Of a stretch of DNA of 64,000 bases, positions 50,148 to 62,084 are shown in pieces. The DNA is from Gekko japonicus. Lineage: Eukaryota. Location: NCBI RefSeq assembly GCF_001447785.1, contig NW_015168047.1, positions 1,772,726-1,836,725 of the forward strand. Reading direction: 5' to 3'. Within the stretch, counting starts at the first letter, position 1. Every line of letters begins with the position of its first letter. A model generated the notes under the pieces. The model searched no databases. It had not been told where the DNA came from and was given only the letters and a program-made list of their open reading frames with translations. The translations under genes were made by a program, and so were the position numbers.

Positions 50148-52525
50148 GACTGACCACTGTGACTAAGGGATGTTATTACCTTTTGTTGGCCTATGATGAA
50201 GAATGGGATAAAAAATTTAAAACAAAAGAGTTTTTTCTTAAATGCTCCAGTACAGCACACTCTACAGAGATTCTCATTCATGCTTATCCATACATCTAAT
50301 TCTGAACATTACCTCCATCTGTGGATACTTAAACCTATAGAACAGGGCCATGTATTTTATTTATTTATTTATTGACATTTCTACCTCGTCTTCCCCACCA
50401 ATCCCGCAAATGTAGAGAGAAAAGAGTGGTTTCTACAAACTTGGGAGCCCCCCCCCCCAGGTTTGCAGAAAATCTGAAAAGTTTTCAAAAGGAATGGAGT
50501 TAAATCCTCCAAACACAGGAGCATTGTCTGCACTTGGACAAGTCACCTCTGTCTGTTGCCACTAGAGGAGGGGAAACCACCACTACTTGAATAAGATTGG
50601 TGGAGGCAGCGGTACTGAAGGTAGATGACCAGGGGAACAAGGGAAAGCAGGAGTTGCTGACCCTCTTTGGTGCTCCACAGCCCCTCCATGGAGACCAGAG
50701 GGGGAGGAGGCAGCTGGGCAGGCCAAGGGGCAGGAAGGGGGATGGGCAGGCAGGCATAGCAGTGAGGTGAGCAAGATTTCCCCTCTCCCACGGGTTTCTT
50801 GCAGGTCTCCACAGGTAAAAAGGAGCAGGAGCCCAAGGGTGCACAGGCAAACAAGCAAAGGGGAGAGGATGGGCCCTCCCCTTCACAAGTCTTGGGGATA
50901 CCTCACTTTGTAGCCCCTCATTAGGCAAATCACTCCTATTTCTATTGTTACAGACTGAGAATCAGGTTGACAGGTGTCGCTATAAAGAGCAAAGCAACAG
51001 TGACTCCCAGTCTAATACTTGGAATGTGATGATGAATGTACAATAATTTAATTCCTAGAATTAATTAATCAGCTGTTCTGTTCACATTTCTGAAAGCGGG
51101 TTTGAAAAGGTGGGAGACAGAGAGGGAAGAACTGCCCAAATGCGCTACTATTTTTAATTTATTTATTTATTTATTACACTTGTATCCCGTCCGTCCCAGT
51201 GGGCTCAGGGCGGCTAACAGAGGCCAGATCGTTAGTCTAGCCATAAGTAAAATCATATAAAAACACAATAAAAACATCAATACTAAGACCAAAGTACTCT
51301 GTCCAGTTACTAGTGTCCTCAGTCCACTATGAGAACTTAAGAGATATTACAGAAAATGATCTAAGCAAAATAGCAGTAAGTAGACTTGAAATGGAAGAAT
51401 CACTTTGCCAGAGTTCTCCTCAATCCCATTTAACCATCTCCATTTTATGAATAAAAACACAGGGACCGAGTCTAAACAGTGATATTGACACCTGCATGCT
51501 CCAAGGTAGGTTACATAACTTACATTCTCTCTCCTGTACCCTCATTCATCATCTCACAGAAAAATGTGCCTGCCTAACTAGGCAGCTCTCCTAGAGCAAT
51601 ATTCCCAGTTGAAACGGAATAATTTTTTATGGAACGCAAGACCCGAAGCATATGCTATACATTATATTAACAGTAGTCCTTGTCTAGCTAGGCTAGGTCC
51701 AGATGTTAATTGGGAATTGACCTCAAGCTGACACACAGACTGTATAGTAACAGATCTGATGCAGCTGTTCTGTAGTTGCCATTTTTGCACTTCATTGTAC
51801 ACAAAATTGTGGCATCCAGCAGCCAATTTACCACATGCCCAACTGAGTCAGATTATACTTATTAGTCAAGGCTGGATAAAATATCGCTTCCAAAAGAACA
51901 ACAATAAGAGCAGAGATAGAGAATATTGACCTTGGGAAGTATAAATCCTCAAGACAGGCAAACATACATATGCAACAATATATGTGATACTTGCAATTTT
52001 GCTGTGAAAAGGACATGCGTATATGTTTATAAACATGAAATTATTCTTAGGAATATTTCTTTTAAGTGTTCTAGAATTTGTTAGAATTTTAATCAGCTGA
52101 AAGAAAGAGCAGTCAAAAAGAAAAGAGGAGCATTTTTTCTAACCAAACATAGGCTCTCGGTAATTATTATTTATAATAATATTGTCGCTGGGGTCCAGCA
52201 GCAGGGTGTCCTATCTTCTCAACTCCTGCAGTCCAAATGAATTAAGAAAAAAATCCTATGGAGTTCAATGAGACTTACTACAAATAAGCACACACAGGAC
52301 TGTAGCCTTTATTTCTTTCCCAGTTCAACTGACAAAATTTCTGAGAAACAAAAAGATGGCTCCTTTTTTTTTTTTAAGCAAGCATCATTTTATTGTTCCA
52401 GTCAATTCCCTCCCTTGATATCCACACATAGAAGTGTGCATCAGCAAACACACAATTTGCTGTTACAGGGAAATAAATGGCAGACCACTTGCTCCTCATA
52501 GCAGAGGCAATGGGCTTGAGGGGAT

Positions 52526-52715
52526 GGGGCCGTGGCTCAGTGGCAGAGCTTCTGTTTTGCACAAAGAAGGTCCCAGGTTCAATCCCCAGCACCTCCAATT
52601 GACAGCTTGAAGGTGATATGGAAAAACCTCAGGCTGAGACCCTGGAGAGACCCAAACTAGTCTGAGTAGACAATATTGACCTTGGTAGGCCAAGGGCCTG
52701 ATGCAGTATAAGGCT
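52526..52715 (+). mobile_element. tRNA-derived SINE (Squam2/AnolisSINE2-like)
   Basis: A box tggctcagtgg, B box ggttcaatcc, non-tRNA body; related fragments near 44520-44660 and 58110-58245. Confidence 0.7.
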
Positions 52716-54424
52716 GTGGTCAGACAAAGGCTTGGTGCAGTCTGGTCGTGCCTCTATTTTATATGGTGTTATTTGTTCCAGAGACATTTGTCCAAACACG
52801 CCCCATTTACTTCACTTCATTTACTCTTGTGCCAATCATGGGATGTTCTCAAACATCAACTCTGAAGCAGAAAAATGTTAACGTCTCCCTGAATTAGGGA
52901 TGCCAGCCTCCCCAGGCTCCCTGCAGATACGGGATCCTAACTAGGGACTATTTCCATGGCTTTCCAGCCCCAAGAAATAGGAGAGGAGTTTGGAGGGGGA
53001 TTTGTCGCTTAAAAACAACTCCCCCGGGAGCTCCTGATCCTGACAGAATGTTTGGGTGCAGAAAAATACAAGCAGTAATTCAAAACCCCGGGGCGAAGAT
53101 CCATTTATGTGCACATCGCTAACTGAATTTTTTAAAATGGCGTGCAGACAGAAGTGTGTGATCTGACTTCCCAAAAGGCTTGATTTCACAAGAGAGAGTT
53201 CAGACTTCAGGAAATGTGAAGTGAGACCAGTTCAGTCCATAAAGATCAGACTTTCTCTGGTGTCAGGAATGTTGGGAGTGAGAATGGGGTGCTGACAACT
53301 GGGGAACGGGATACAGATGTCACTGTCTGAATGGGCATTTTTAACCCAGAGGGGAGAAGCAACGACATCGGATCAAACAGCTCATCTGATCTCAGCCATA
53401 GGCAGATTAACACATTTGTTACTTGACAACAGACTGATGCAGCTACAATGTTGGCACACAGTGAGTGCCGCTAATTGGTATCCTATGCCTATACAACCAG
53501 GGAGATTAAAAAAAAAAACCCTCATACCAAGGTGTACCAAAGCAACCCTGACTAGCAATCACAGCACATTTTGCTAGCAGTGCCTCTATGACAAACAGAG
53601 ATGGAAGCAGCCTACCAGAGAACACTGGCATGGCCCTGCCTTCCTGACACTGGCCTGCCACCACCCACATGCAGAAACAAGGGATGGAAAAAAGTGAACA
53701 AAACAGTCTCCACTGTAAGTTGAAGAGAGGTACTAGTGGGAGCAGGCCCATAGCTACAGTGGGACATTTCGGGAGCTCACCCCCTTAATTAAAAGCCCCA
53801 ACCCACAAATAGCTGTGCCAGAAACCTTATTTACATGTTTCCCAAAGGCTCGTGGGAATCCTTTTGAAAGACTCACCATGACCTAGGTGGTATACAGTAG
53901 GACTGGGCTAGCAGAAAGAGAGATAGTTGGAGATGTATTGAAGGTGCCACTCTTGAGTGCTCTTCTAAGCTTTCTTGCCCTGTGGAAGGGAACTCAAAAG
54001 GCATTTAAATGCCTTCTGAAGGCAATTAAATGTCCTCTGAGCTCCTTTTTCCTAGGAACTGGTGTGCTTGCTGCCCTGTCCCGTGAAAGGAAGGGCTGGA
54101 AACAGGCTTGGAGCCTCCTCCTTTGAAGACAGGCATTCAGATTAATTTAATTAACTGTAATTTAACTGCCCCCTTAAACATTTAAATGTCCCCAGAACAA
54201 AACAAAAATCCTGGCTATGGGCCTGAGTGGGAGGAGCCCTGGAATGCACAAACACTATGGAACTCCAAAGATGCAGGTTCAAGTCCCCACCTGCAAGCAT
54301 TTCCCTTTCACCTAGTGCACATGGAGGGAATGAAATCTGACAGCTCCAACCATAGCACCCACATACCTCTGCAGCTAATTTGGCAGAGGAAAGGTCCCAT
54401 GATCTGTCCCCACCCAAGGGTTAG

Positions 54425-54630
54425 GTCTTGAAGACTACTATTAGCCTCTGTCTGGGGCAATGATGCTCTGTATTCTTGGTGCCTGAGGGGCAATAGTGGG
54501 AGGTCTTCCAGAGTTCTGACCCCACTGGTGGACCTCCTGATGGCACCTGGGTTTTTAGCCACTGTGTGACACAGAATGCTGGACTGGATGGGCCATTGGC
54601 CTGATCCAACACAACTTCTGTTATGTTCTG
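54425..54630 (+). mobile_element. CR1 LINE 3' end
   Basis: ctggactggatgggccattggcctgatccaac..ttatgttct terminal signature. Confidence 0.75.
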
Positions 54631-54728
54631 AAGAGGGTGGGGTAGTGGAGGAGAGGGCAAAGGATGACCAGCCTTTTCTCAGGAAAGAGGAATGTAGACA
54701 CTACAACAGCAACAAGGAGACCCACTAC

Positions 54729-54774
54729 NNNNNNNNNNNNNNNNNNNNNNNNNNNNNNNNNNNNNNNNNNNNNN
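54729..54774. other. Assembly gap (46 N)
   Basis: Run of N. Confidence 1.
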
Positions 54775-55212
54775 AGTAAAACCTCTCATATGGCAAGCAG
54801 GAGCCATGAGTTCAAATCCCACCCAAGGTGGCAAAATACCATTTCTGGTCAGCAACAGATAACCAACAGCCAAACAAAAAGAAGAGAGTGGACTAGAACC
54901 CACAGTTCATGTATTCCAAAGCAGTCCTCCAATCAAACACCCAACTGGGCACACAGGAGCAAGACTCAATGTAGGGCACTGGGAATCCCTCAGTAGCATT
55001 GCCACAGGCACTAGCAGTACATAGCAGGGCAAACAGGATTATAAAATATTTATATAGTGGGTTGGAGCCATCCAGCTTTTCTCCTCAATTACACTGCTTC
55101 ATACAAAATCCCATGCACACCTTGGGAAGCAGAATGTAGTGCTACACCCCATGTGAGGCACAAAGACCAGAAAGGCGTAACCAGGTCACACACTACACTT
55201 ACTCATTCAACA

Positions 55213-55611
55213 CAGGGTTGCCAAGTCCATCTTCCACCCCCAGCGGGGGACTTTGGGGGCGTTCCTGGAGGGGGTGGGGCATCACCGACGTGATGACATC
55301 ACGTTGGGGACGTCGTCCCCCCCGCCCGTGCGCCAGATCTCCAGAAACGGCAGTTCCCTGCACTTAAAGGAGCCGGCGTTTCCGTTTTAAATGCAGGAGC
55401 CAGCGTTTCCCCTTTAAGAGCAGCCGCACTTCCCTTTTAAGAGCACGAAGCTGGCATTTCCCTGCAAGCTTGCGGAGATCAGGCTTGGGAGGAAACACAG
55501 GTTCCACACACTTAAAGGGAGAGAGATGGGTGGCTGTGGGTGTTGGGGGTGGGTAGAACCCCCCCAAAAAAACGGGGGACCCTTGGCAAACCGGGGGGGT
55601 TGGCAACCCTA
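55213..55611. mobile_element. hAT MITE, inverted copy of the 2218-2627 family
   Basis: cagggttgcc/ggcaacccta; perfect TSD attcaaca. Confidence 0.9.
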
Positions 55612-55875
55612 ATTCAACAGCATACTCAAGGAAAGCTGGGACTGCCTGGCTTCATCCAGATGGCACCAAAAAGGCATTGTTCATTTACAATGAGAGCAAT
55701 CCAGGAGGGCGTCAAGCTGAAGTGCTCCTTCCCATCCAAAATGGGCATTTCAGCACACTGGGGTTTAGTTTTTATCTAGACAGCATATGACTCTGCACTA
55801 CAGCTCACAGATCAGGATTCTAAAACAGGATTCGAATGCATGACCTGGATGGGCCCTGCGAATTGTAGGCAATTG

Positions 55876-56103
55876 TGTGAGTGTGTAAAGTGCCGTCAAG
55901 TCACAACTGATTTATGGTGACCCCATAGGGTTTTTACCAGCCGGGAGACTAACAGAAGTTAGTTAGCTAGCCACTGCCTTCCTCTGCTTAGGAATCCTGG
56001 GATTCCTCAGTGATCTCCTATTCAAATACTATCCAGAGCCAACCTTGCTTAGCTTCCAAGACCTGACAAAATCGGGCTATCCTGGGCCATCCAGGTTAGG
56101 GCT
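55876..56103 (-). mobile_element. 5S-headed SINE
   Basis: Minus strand gccctaacctggatggcccagg..cttggaagctaagcaagg..; tail gggtcaccataaatcagttgtgacttgacggcac. Confidence 0.8.
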
Positions 56104-57439
56104 GTAACTTATTACATACAGAAATTCTTCAGTCTACATTTGCTGGGGGGGACGGGAGTAGAGTAATGGTCTGAACCCGTGTACCTGCAAGGTACAATCT
56201 CATCATGAACAAGCACCAAAATGTTTTAATGCAGCCTTTGTGCTTGGAAGGAGGCAGGATGTATTGTGTAAATGGACCCTTTGAATTTCAGCAGTCCTCG
56301 GGCTCCTGTTGATTGATGGGTAGCATATGAGCCGCAATAAGGAAAACAAAGCTTAGCGGATTCCATATACACATGCTGTAAGCATTAAACAATCACCAGG
56401 ATCATCTTCTCCAAAATTAAATACCATTAGTGCTGTGAATATGCATTAGATGCATTTATTTGAATAATAAATGTGACACTTTATATGTAGCATTCAAATA
56501 AGGTGTGTGTGTGTGTGTGTATAAAACCACAAAGTAAGTAGTTCAGAAATGTTTGTACTAAATTTAGCATTGGCTCTTGGACAAAAGAGAGAGGCATATC
56601 TATTCCATTCATTTCTGTCTTTGATGTTGGTTTTAGTGTCCTCAGGCAGGCGTCAGCACATAAGAAATCTTTATAAGCTTCCCCCCCCCCCCTCGCTTCA
56701 GGGCAGAGAGGTTTACTTTCCTTTTCCTTTTCTCTTTCTTATTTCTTTTTTTTTTTTTAGCAGGAAGCCAAATCACGTTCCCACTGACCCTTTAATTTGC
56801 TTTTCTATAGCTCATCTGAAATCACTCAAAATAATGGGAGAATATTTCTACCAACTGGATGCATCTCCAGTTTAAGATACTCCTGGCTCATTTCAATGCT
56901 GTCTTCTTTTCAACTGGAATTCAAGGCAGTTAATTACTTCTGGTTCTATGATTAATTAATTTGGCATATTTCTTATCTAGCTGAACGTTAAGCATTCAAA
57001 AGCAGGACCAAAAGTCACAGAAAACTGAAATATGTAATGGCTCAAATTGGTCTGCCCCCTTCTTTCCATTCCCGGGATCGAAATCTGAAGGATCAAAATC
57101 TGCAGTCCCATAAATTTACAATATCTTGAGACCTGTAGTAAACACAAACACACTAACTGATTCCTCCTGCCTTAGGCACTAAAACACAAAAAGCAGGAGT
57201 TTCTCTGATTTGGGGCTATAACATGGTGCTGCACCAGGAAGTGCTCTCATGTAAAGTCTCACTCCGACCATACACTGGTTTCAGATGAGCCACTCTCTCT
57301 CAGCCTTGGCATGGTTGCATTATAACATAGGGATATTAATTTTGGTCTGCCTTACTGGGGTGTTTCAGAGTTTCTGAGACAGTCAGAAACTCTTGCTAAT
57401 ACATGTATTAGCAACACTCAATTTGTACTCTTCAACACT

Positions 57440-57925
57440 ATAGACCAGACTTGTCAGAGATTGGAAGTTAAACAGGATCAGCCACGGTCAGTAGAAGAAG
57501 AAGAAGAAGAGATTGGATTTATACCCCGCCCTTCACTACCCAAAGGTGTCTCAGAGCGGCTTACAAACTCCTTCCCCTCCCCCTCCCCACAACAGACACC
57601 CTGTGGGGTGGGTGGGGCTGAGAGAACTCTGACAAAAACTGCTCTTTTTCAAGGACAGCTGTGCCAGAGCTTGTGACTGACCCAAGGTCACATCAGCAGG
57701 TGCAAGTGGAGGAGAGGGGAATCAAACCCGGTTCTCCCAGATTAGAGTCCGTACACTTAACCACTACACCAAACTGGCTATGGGATGGGAAACCTTGATG
57801 GGAGACCACCAAGGAAGACCAGGGTTGCTATGCAGAGGAAGGCAATGGGAAACCACCTCTACTCATCTCTCATCTTGAAAAACCCATGAGGGATTGTCAT
57901 AAATTGGCTGTGACTGGAAGCCACT
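57440..57925 (+). mobile_element. 5S-headed SINE split by a Squam3C insertion
   Basis: Box-A-like ttggaagttaaacagg before 57493; gatgggagaccacc and SINE body after 57780. Confidence 0.65.
57493..57779 (-). mobile_element. Squam3C-like SINE, full length
   Basis: (GAA)n tail; head agccagtttggtgtagtggttaagtg on the minus strand. Confidence 0.9.
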
Positions 57926-58606
57926 GAATTATTATTTTTTAAATGCCCACAACCTGCAGAACTCATAGGTCCAGGTAGGTGGAAATAAACATCAATTGAT
58001 TCAAAAGTAAGGTCTCGTTTCAACTGCCACAGTGTGCAGGATGGGCAACTCTCTGCAGGCCAGCTGGGTGCAATTCCTACAGAGCGGGAAGGTGCCACAG
58101 GCGGGCCTCACATTTCACCTCTGACATCTTCAGTTAAAGAACCTCATCCTGTGGTGATGAGAAAGACCTCTGCTTGAGATCTTGGAAAGTTGCTGGGTAG
58201 AGTAGGAAATACTTGGCCAGATGATGGACCAACAGCAGCTTCATATCTTCAGATTAAGGCTTTTGAACATCATTCCCAAGGTGGCTTTCCACATGCGGCA
58301 ATGTGCAAAAACCTACACATGACATGGCTGGCCTCTATCACCATGGCCAAGTTTTCATGTGAAATAGTGTTCCAATAGCAAAGATGTTTACGCCACAGTA
58401 GCCCTACCTTACCAGAAAACTGAATGGGTTGATCTTAAGAACACAGGGTGTAAAATTGTATAAATTTTAATATTTTTTTCTATGGGGCACACTTTTAGTA
58501 TGCCTCAATTGGGGGAGGGGTCATTTTTGGAATTATTTTTGGGCATAATTTGGGGGTTTCCTATAGAAAAACCTGTCCTGAAATTAAAATGGAAATCCCC
58601 CCATAG

Positions 58607-58825
58607 TAGGGTTGCCAGCCTCCAGGTGGGGCCTGGGGATCTCCCGCTTTTACCACTGATCCCCAGCCGACAGAGATCAGCTCCCCTGGAGAAAATGGCT
58701 GCTATGAAGGGTTGATTCTATGGCATTGCACCATGCTGAGGCCCCTCCCCTCCCCAAACCATGCCCTCTCCTGGCTCCACCCCCAAAGTCTCCAGGTATT
58801 TTCCAACCCAGTCTTGGCAACCCTA
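58607..58825. mobile_element. hAT MITE, TAGGGTTGCC family
   Basis: Perfect TIRs; perfect TSD ccccatag. Confidence 0.92.
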
Positions 58826-59440
58826 CCCCATAGCCCCTTAAATGTTTTTTTTTTTTAAAGGGAAAAGGAAGGCGTGACTTACCAAGCTGTCCAGGGGTAC
58901 ACTGCAGCTGCTGGCCCTTCCTTCTCTGCAGCTGAGCCCTCCCAGGCCCCGACAGCCAAAACATAACTGCAGACAAGCTACTCGGGCATTTTGAAGTTAT
59001 GCTCTCAAATACTCGTACATTTGCTCTCAAACACCTGCAGGTTCTTTTATGGTTTGTCAAGGTTTCATAGCGATACTATGAATTTTACAAAATGAATTTT
59101 CTCATTACACTGGAAATGTCTGATTTTGAAAGCATCTTTTTAAAAAACACACTCATTTCCCTCTACAACAGGATGATTCAAGACACATCCAGAAATAAAG
59201 TTGCAACCCCCCTTCCCCATCACCACCTCTTGAGATGTACATGATGCTATTATAGAAACTGGGTAGGAAATAAAATCTTCATGGATCCAATACTTCAATA
59301 GATCAGCAGAGAAATTTATGAAGACATGTAGATTTTCACAGTATGCATTACTGAAGCAATGAAGCCATCCAGCAAAAATATGAGCTAAAAAAGAGCAACT
59401 GCTTAAATTCTTTAAGTCATCAGTCATTAATTATTTTTCA

Positions 59441-59620
59441 CAGGGTTGCCGTGTTGGTCTGCAGAAGAACAGCTAGATGCAAGCCCAGCAGCACCTCAGG
59501 GACCAAGAAGATTCCCAGGGCATAAACCTTCGAGGGTCAAAGCTCCCTTCACTAGTTATTTGACAGGTTATACCTTGAGAATCTTGGTCTCTAAGGTGCT
59601 CCTGCACTCGCATCTAATCA
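59441..59620. mobile_element. Penelope-like inverted end
   Basis: tagatgcaagcccagcagcacctcagggaccaagaagattc mirrored by gaatcttggtctctaaggtgctcctgcactcgcatcta; decayed hammerhead core on the minus strand. Confidence 0.65.
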
Positions 59621-60025
59621 GTCATTACGTATGATCCCCAAATCACGCCAAGTCCACTGTTACTTCCTGTTTTGAGATGACTGCTCTAATATACAAGTAT
59701 TAGCAATGTGTTATGTTGTACTACCAATGCATCTCCCTTTAGCGCCATTTGCCAACACCATTAAAAGGTTAGATACCTACTTTTGCTTAAAAAAAAAAAA
59801 AGGTAAAAGATTCAAAGAAGTAGAACATTTTTATTACAACTCTTACATTAAATTTTTGTTCAGCAACCACTAAGTTCTGTCTAATTTTTATCTAGTTATT
59901 TCTTTCCAGTATACATGGTTCACACTCATTTTATCCTCATAACAGACATAACAGTGACTTGCCAAAGGTGGTCTAGTGAGCTTCATGGCTAAGGGGAGAT
60001 TTGAACCAGGGCCTTCCCAGTCATA

Positions 60026-60352
60026 GGATGATTCTGCACTGGCTTTTCCCTCCATTGTTTTACAAAACTCACGCTGGAACAGAAATTCCCCTCTGCATTG
60101 CATGCTGGTTTTACTTCCTTTGATTATTGGGTTTTATGGTATCTTCCACACTCCATGCCACTTTCGAGTTCTTTGATTGGGGGGGGGGATTTTATTGTAC
60201 TTTCTGCATAGATTTATGGCCGTTTAAGGCCATTCAGGGGTGACTTTGCAATCAGTATGGCATTGCCCGGTGGTATCTGAATGTGGTTTTGAACTGCACT
60301 TTTTCTTCCCAGTTGAGAAAATGTGGAGTGAATGCTAGATGCAGAATCAGCC
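60026..60352. mobile_element. PIF/Harbinger-like MITE nested in a minus-strand Squam3A-like SINE
   Basis: TIRs ggatgattctgca/tgcagaatcagcc; 3-bp TSD ata; SINE sequence continues on both sides. Confidence 0.85.
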
Positions 60353-61070
60353 ATAGTCTGACACTCTATTCACTCTACCACACTACTTTTTAGTCATGGA
60401 GCCATCTTGTGTATGTTCTGTATTTTGAATCTGACTGTGCCATGTTTGCACTTCCTTTGTTTTAAAGTTTTTAAAAAATCCACAATGAAATTCTCACTTC
60501 CACCATACAAGAAGTATGGTCTCCTTCGTTTGACCTCTGATCATCAACTATAAACAATGCTGCTTCAACTGTAATCAGAACTCATTTCCCACATAATAAG
60601 CTAACTTTTCCACCCTGTAAAACTTAGATAAACAACCACTTCAAAATGTCAGCCAACAAACTTTTCATCGTATGTTACTCAAGCCTTGAACAATACAGTC
60701 TTTCAAAAGAACAAAACCACATTAGAGAATGAAGCATCAGAGCACTTCAAAAAGGAATGAGGCTTTTTTTAAAAAAGAAAGTGAACTTATCTTAAGGAAA
60801 ATAGCTTCCCTATTCTTTCAAATCAAACCATGTAATTTTAAAAACTTTTTTAAAAGTATTTTTTAAAAATTATATGTTGAAAGCAACTATCTACTATAAT
60901 TATATAACTGTTGTTCCTCATACACTGAAATATAAAGTTCTAAAGAGGCTACATCACAGTAACTGGGGCTTCCTTCGCCCTCTCCAACCCAAACTTACTA
61001 ACCCCATACACATGACTCCTCCATGCACTGACTAAACACATGGGGAGGGACAAGAGCAGGGGGTCTGCAT

Positions 61071-61264
61071 CAGTGTTCCCTCTAAGCTGAGTTAGTGTGA
61101 GCTAGCTCACAGTTTTTTAGCCTCCTTTGTCTTGGCTCAGGAAGGAGGGCTCCAGAACACACTAATTTATGCAGTAGCCAAATCACCTGCTCACAACTTT
61201 AATGCCAGTAGCTCACAAAGTAGAATTTTTGCTCACAGGACTCTACAGCTTAGAGGGAACATTG
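61071..61264 (+). mobile_element. hAT MITE, CAGTGTTCCCTCTAAGCTG family, copy 5 (~12-bp internal deletion)
   Basis: TIRs present; perfect TSD gtctgcat. Confidence 0.92.
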
Positions 61265-61388
61265 GTCTGCATGGTGAGAAAGTATCTGGATATATGCTCC
61301 TTCCCTGTGATTGGCCACATTCAGAAAGCAGTGCCCACAATCACACAGAAGAAGCATACATACATATATTTCCTCCATGTGTTTGCAC

Positions 61389-62005
61389 TAGGGATGGGCA
61401 TGAACTGGGAAAATGGAGGTTTTCCTGGTTCATGAGGTCTTACGAGCCATGAACGAAAATGAACCTCCCGTGTTTTGCGAACCGGTTTGGGTTCGTGAGG
61501 TTCATGGATCTTCCCTCCCTCCTTTCTGCCGGGAGCAGCTCCCTGAGGCCAGCAGAATGGAAGGGGTGGGGAATGCCTTCTCAGTTGACTCCCAGGAGTT
61601 CTTCCCTCCCTCCTTTCTGCTGGCAGCACCTCGCCAATGCCAGCAGAATGAAAGGGGGAGAGACTCACTAAGTCATGCCACTGCCACAGCACAACTCACT
61701 AGTGAACTGAGAAGGCAGTTCACTTGTGAGTTGCATGGTGAGACTTGCAAAAACCATTTGAAGTGATCTTTTTAAATGGTTTTTGCAAGCTGCGCTGCCA
61801 CAAAGGCATATAAAGAGATTTAAAGATGCCTTCTCCAAGCCCTGCTGCCAGTGCCTGCGGGTCTGCCAACACAAACCATACAAACTACCTGGGAGGTTCG
61901 TGGGGGCAGCATGGCATGACACAGAGGTTCGCAAACCACGAACAGTTCCCAGTTTGTGATGAATTTCAGTTCAGAATTCGGTTTGTGCCCACCTGCCCAC
62001 CCCTA
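61389..62005. mobile_element. Non-autonomous hAT element (TAGGGATGGGCA TIR)
   Basis: Perfect TSD gtttgcac; subterminal gaac/gttc motif repeats; right end has duplicated tgcccac. Confidence 0.88.
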
Positions 62006-62084
62006 GTTTGCACTGTGCAGTTGACCTGGCGGCAAACAGAAGCAGACCAGCAAATTCATGCTTAATTTCCCTTCCTGCACTTAG

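Noticed and set aside
52526-52595. tRNA gene
   Set aside because: A and B boxes are present, but it runs into a SINE body with no terminator.
26498-57779. All four Squam3C copies on the minus strand as evidence of host transcription direction
   Set aside because: Four of four on one strand has a 1-in-8 chance probability, and other retroelements lie on both strands.
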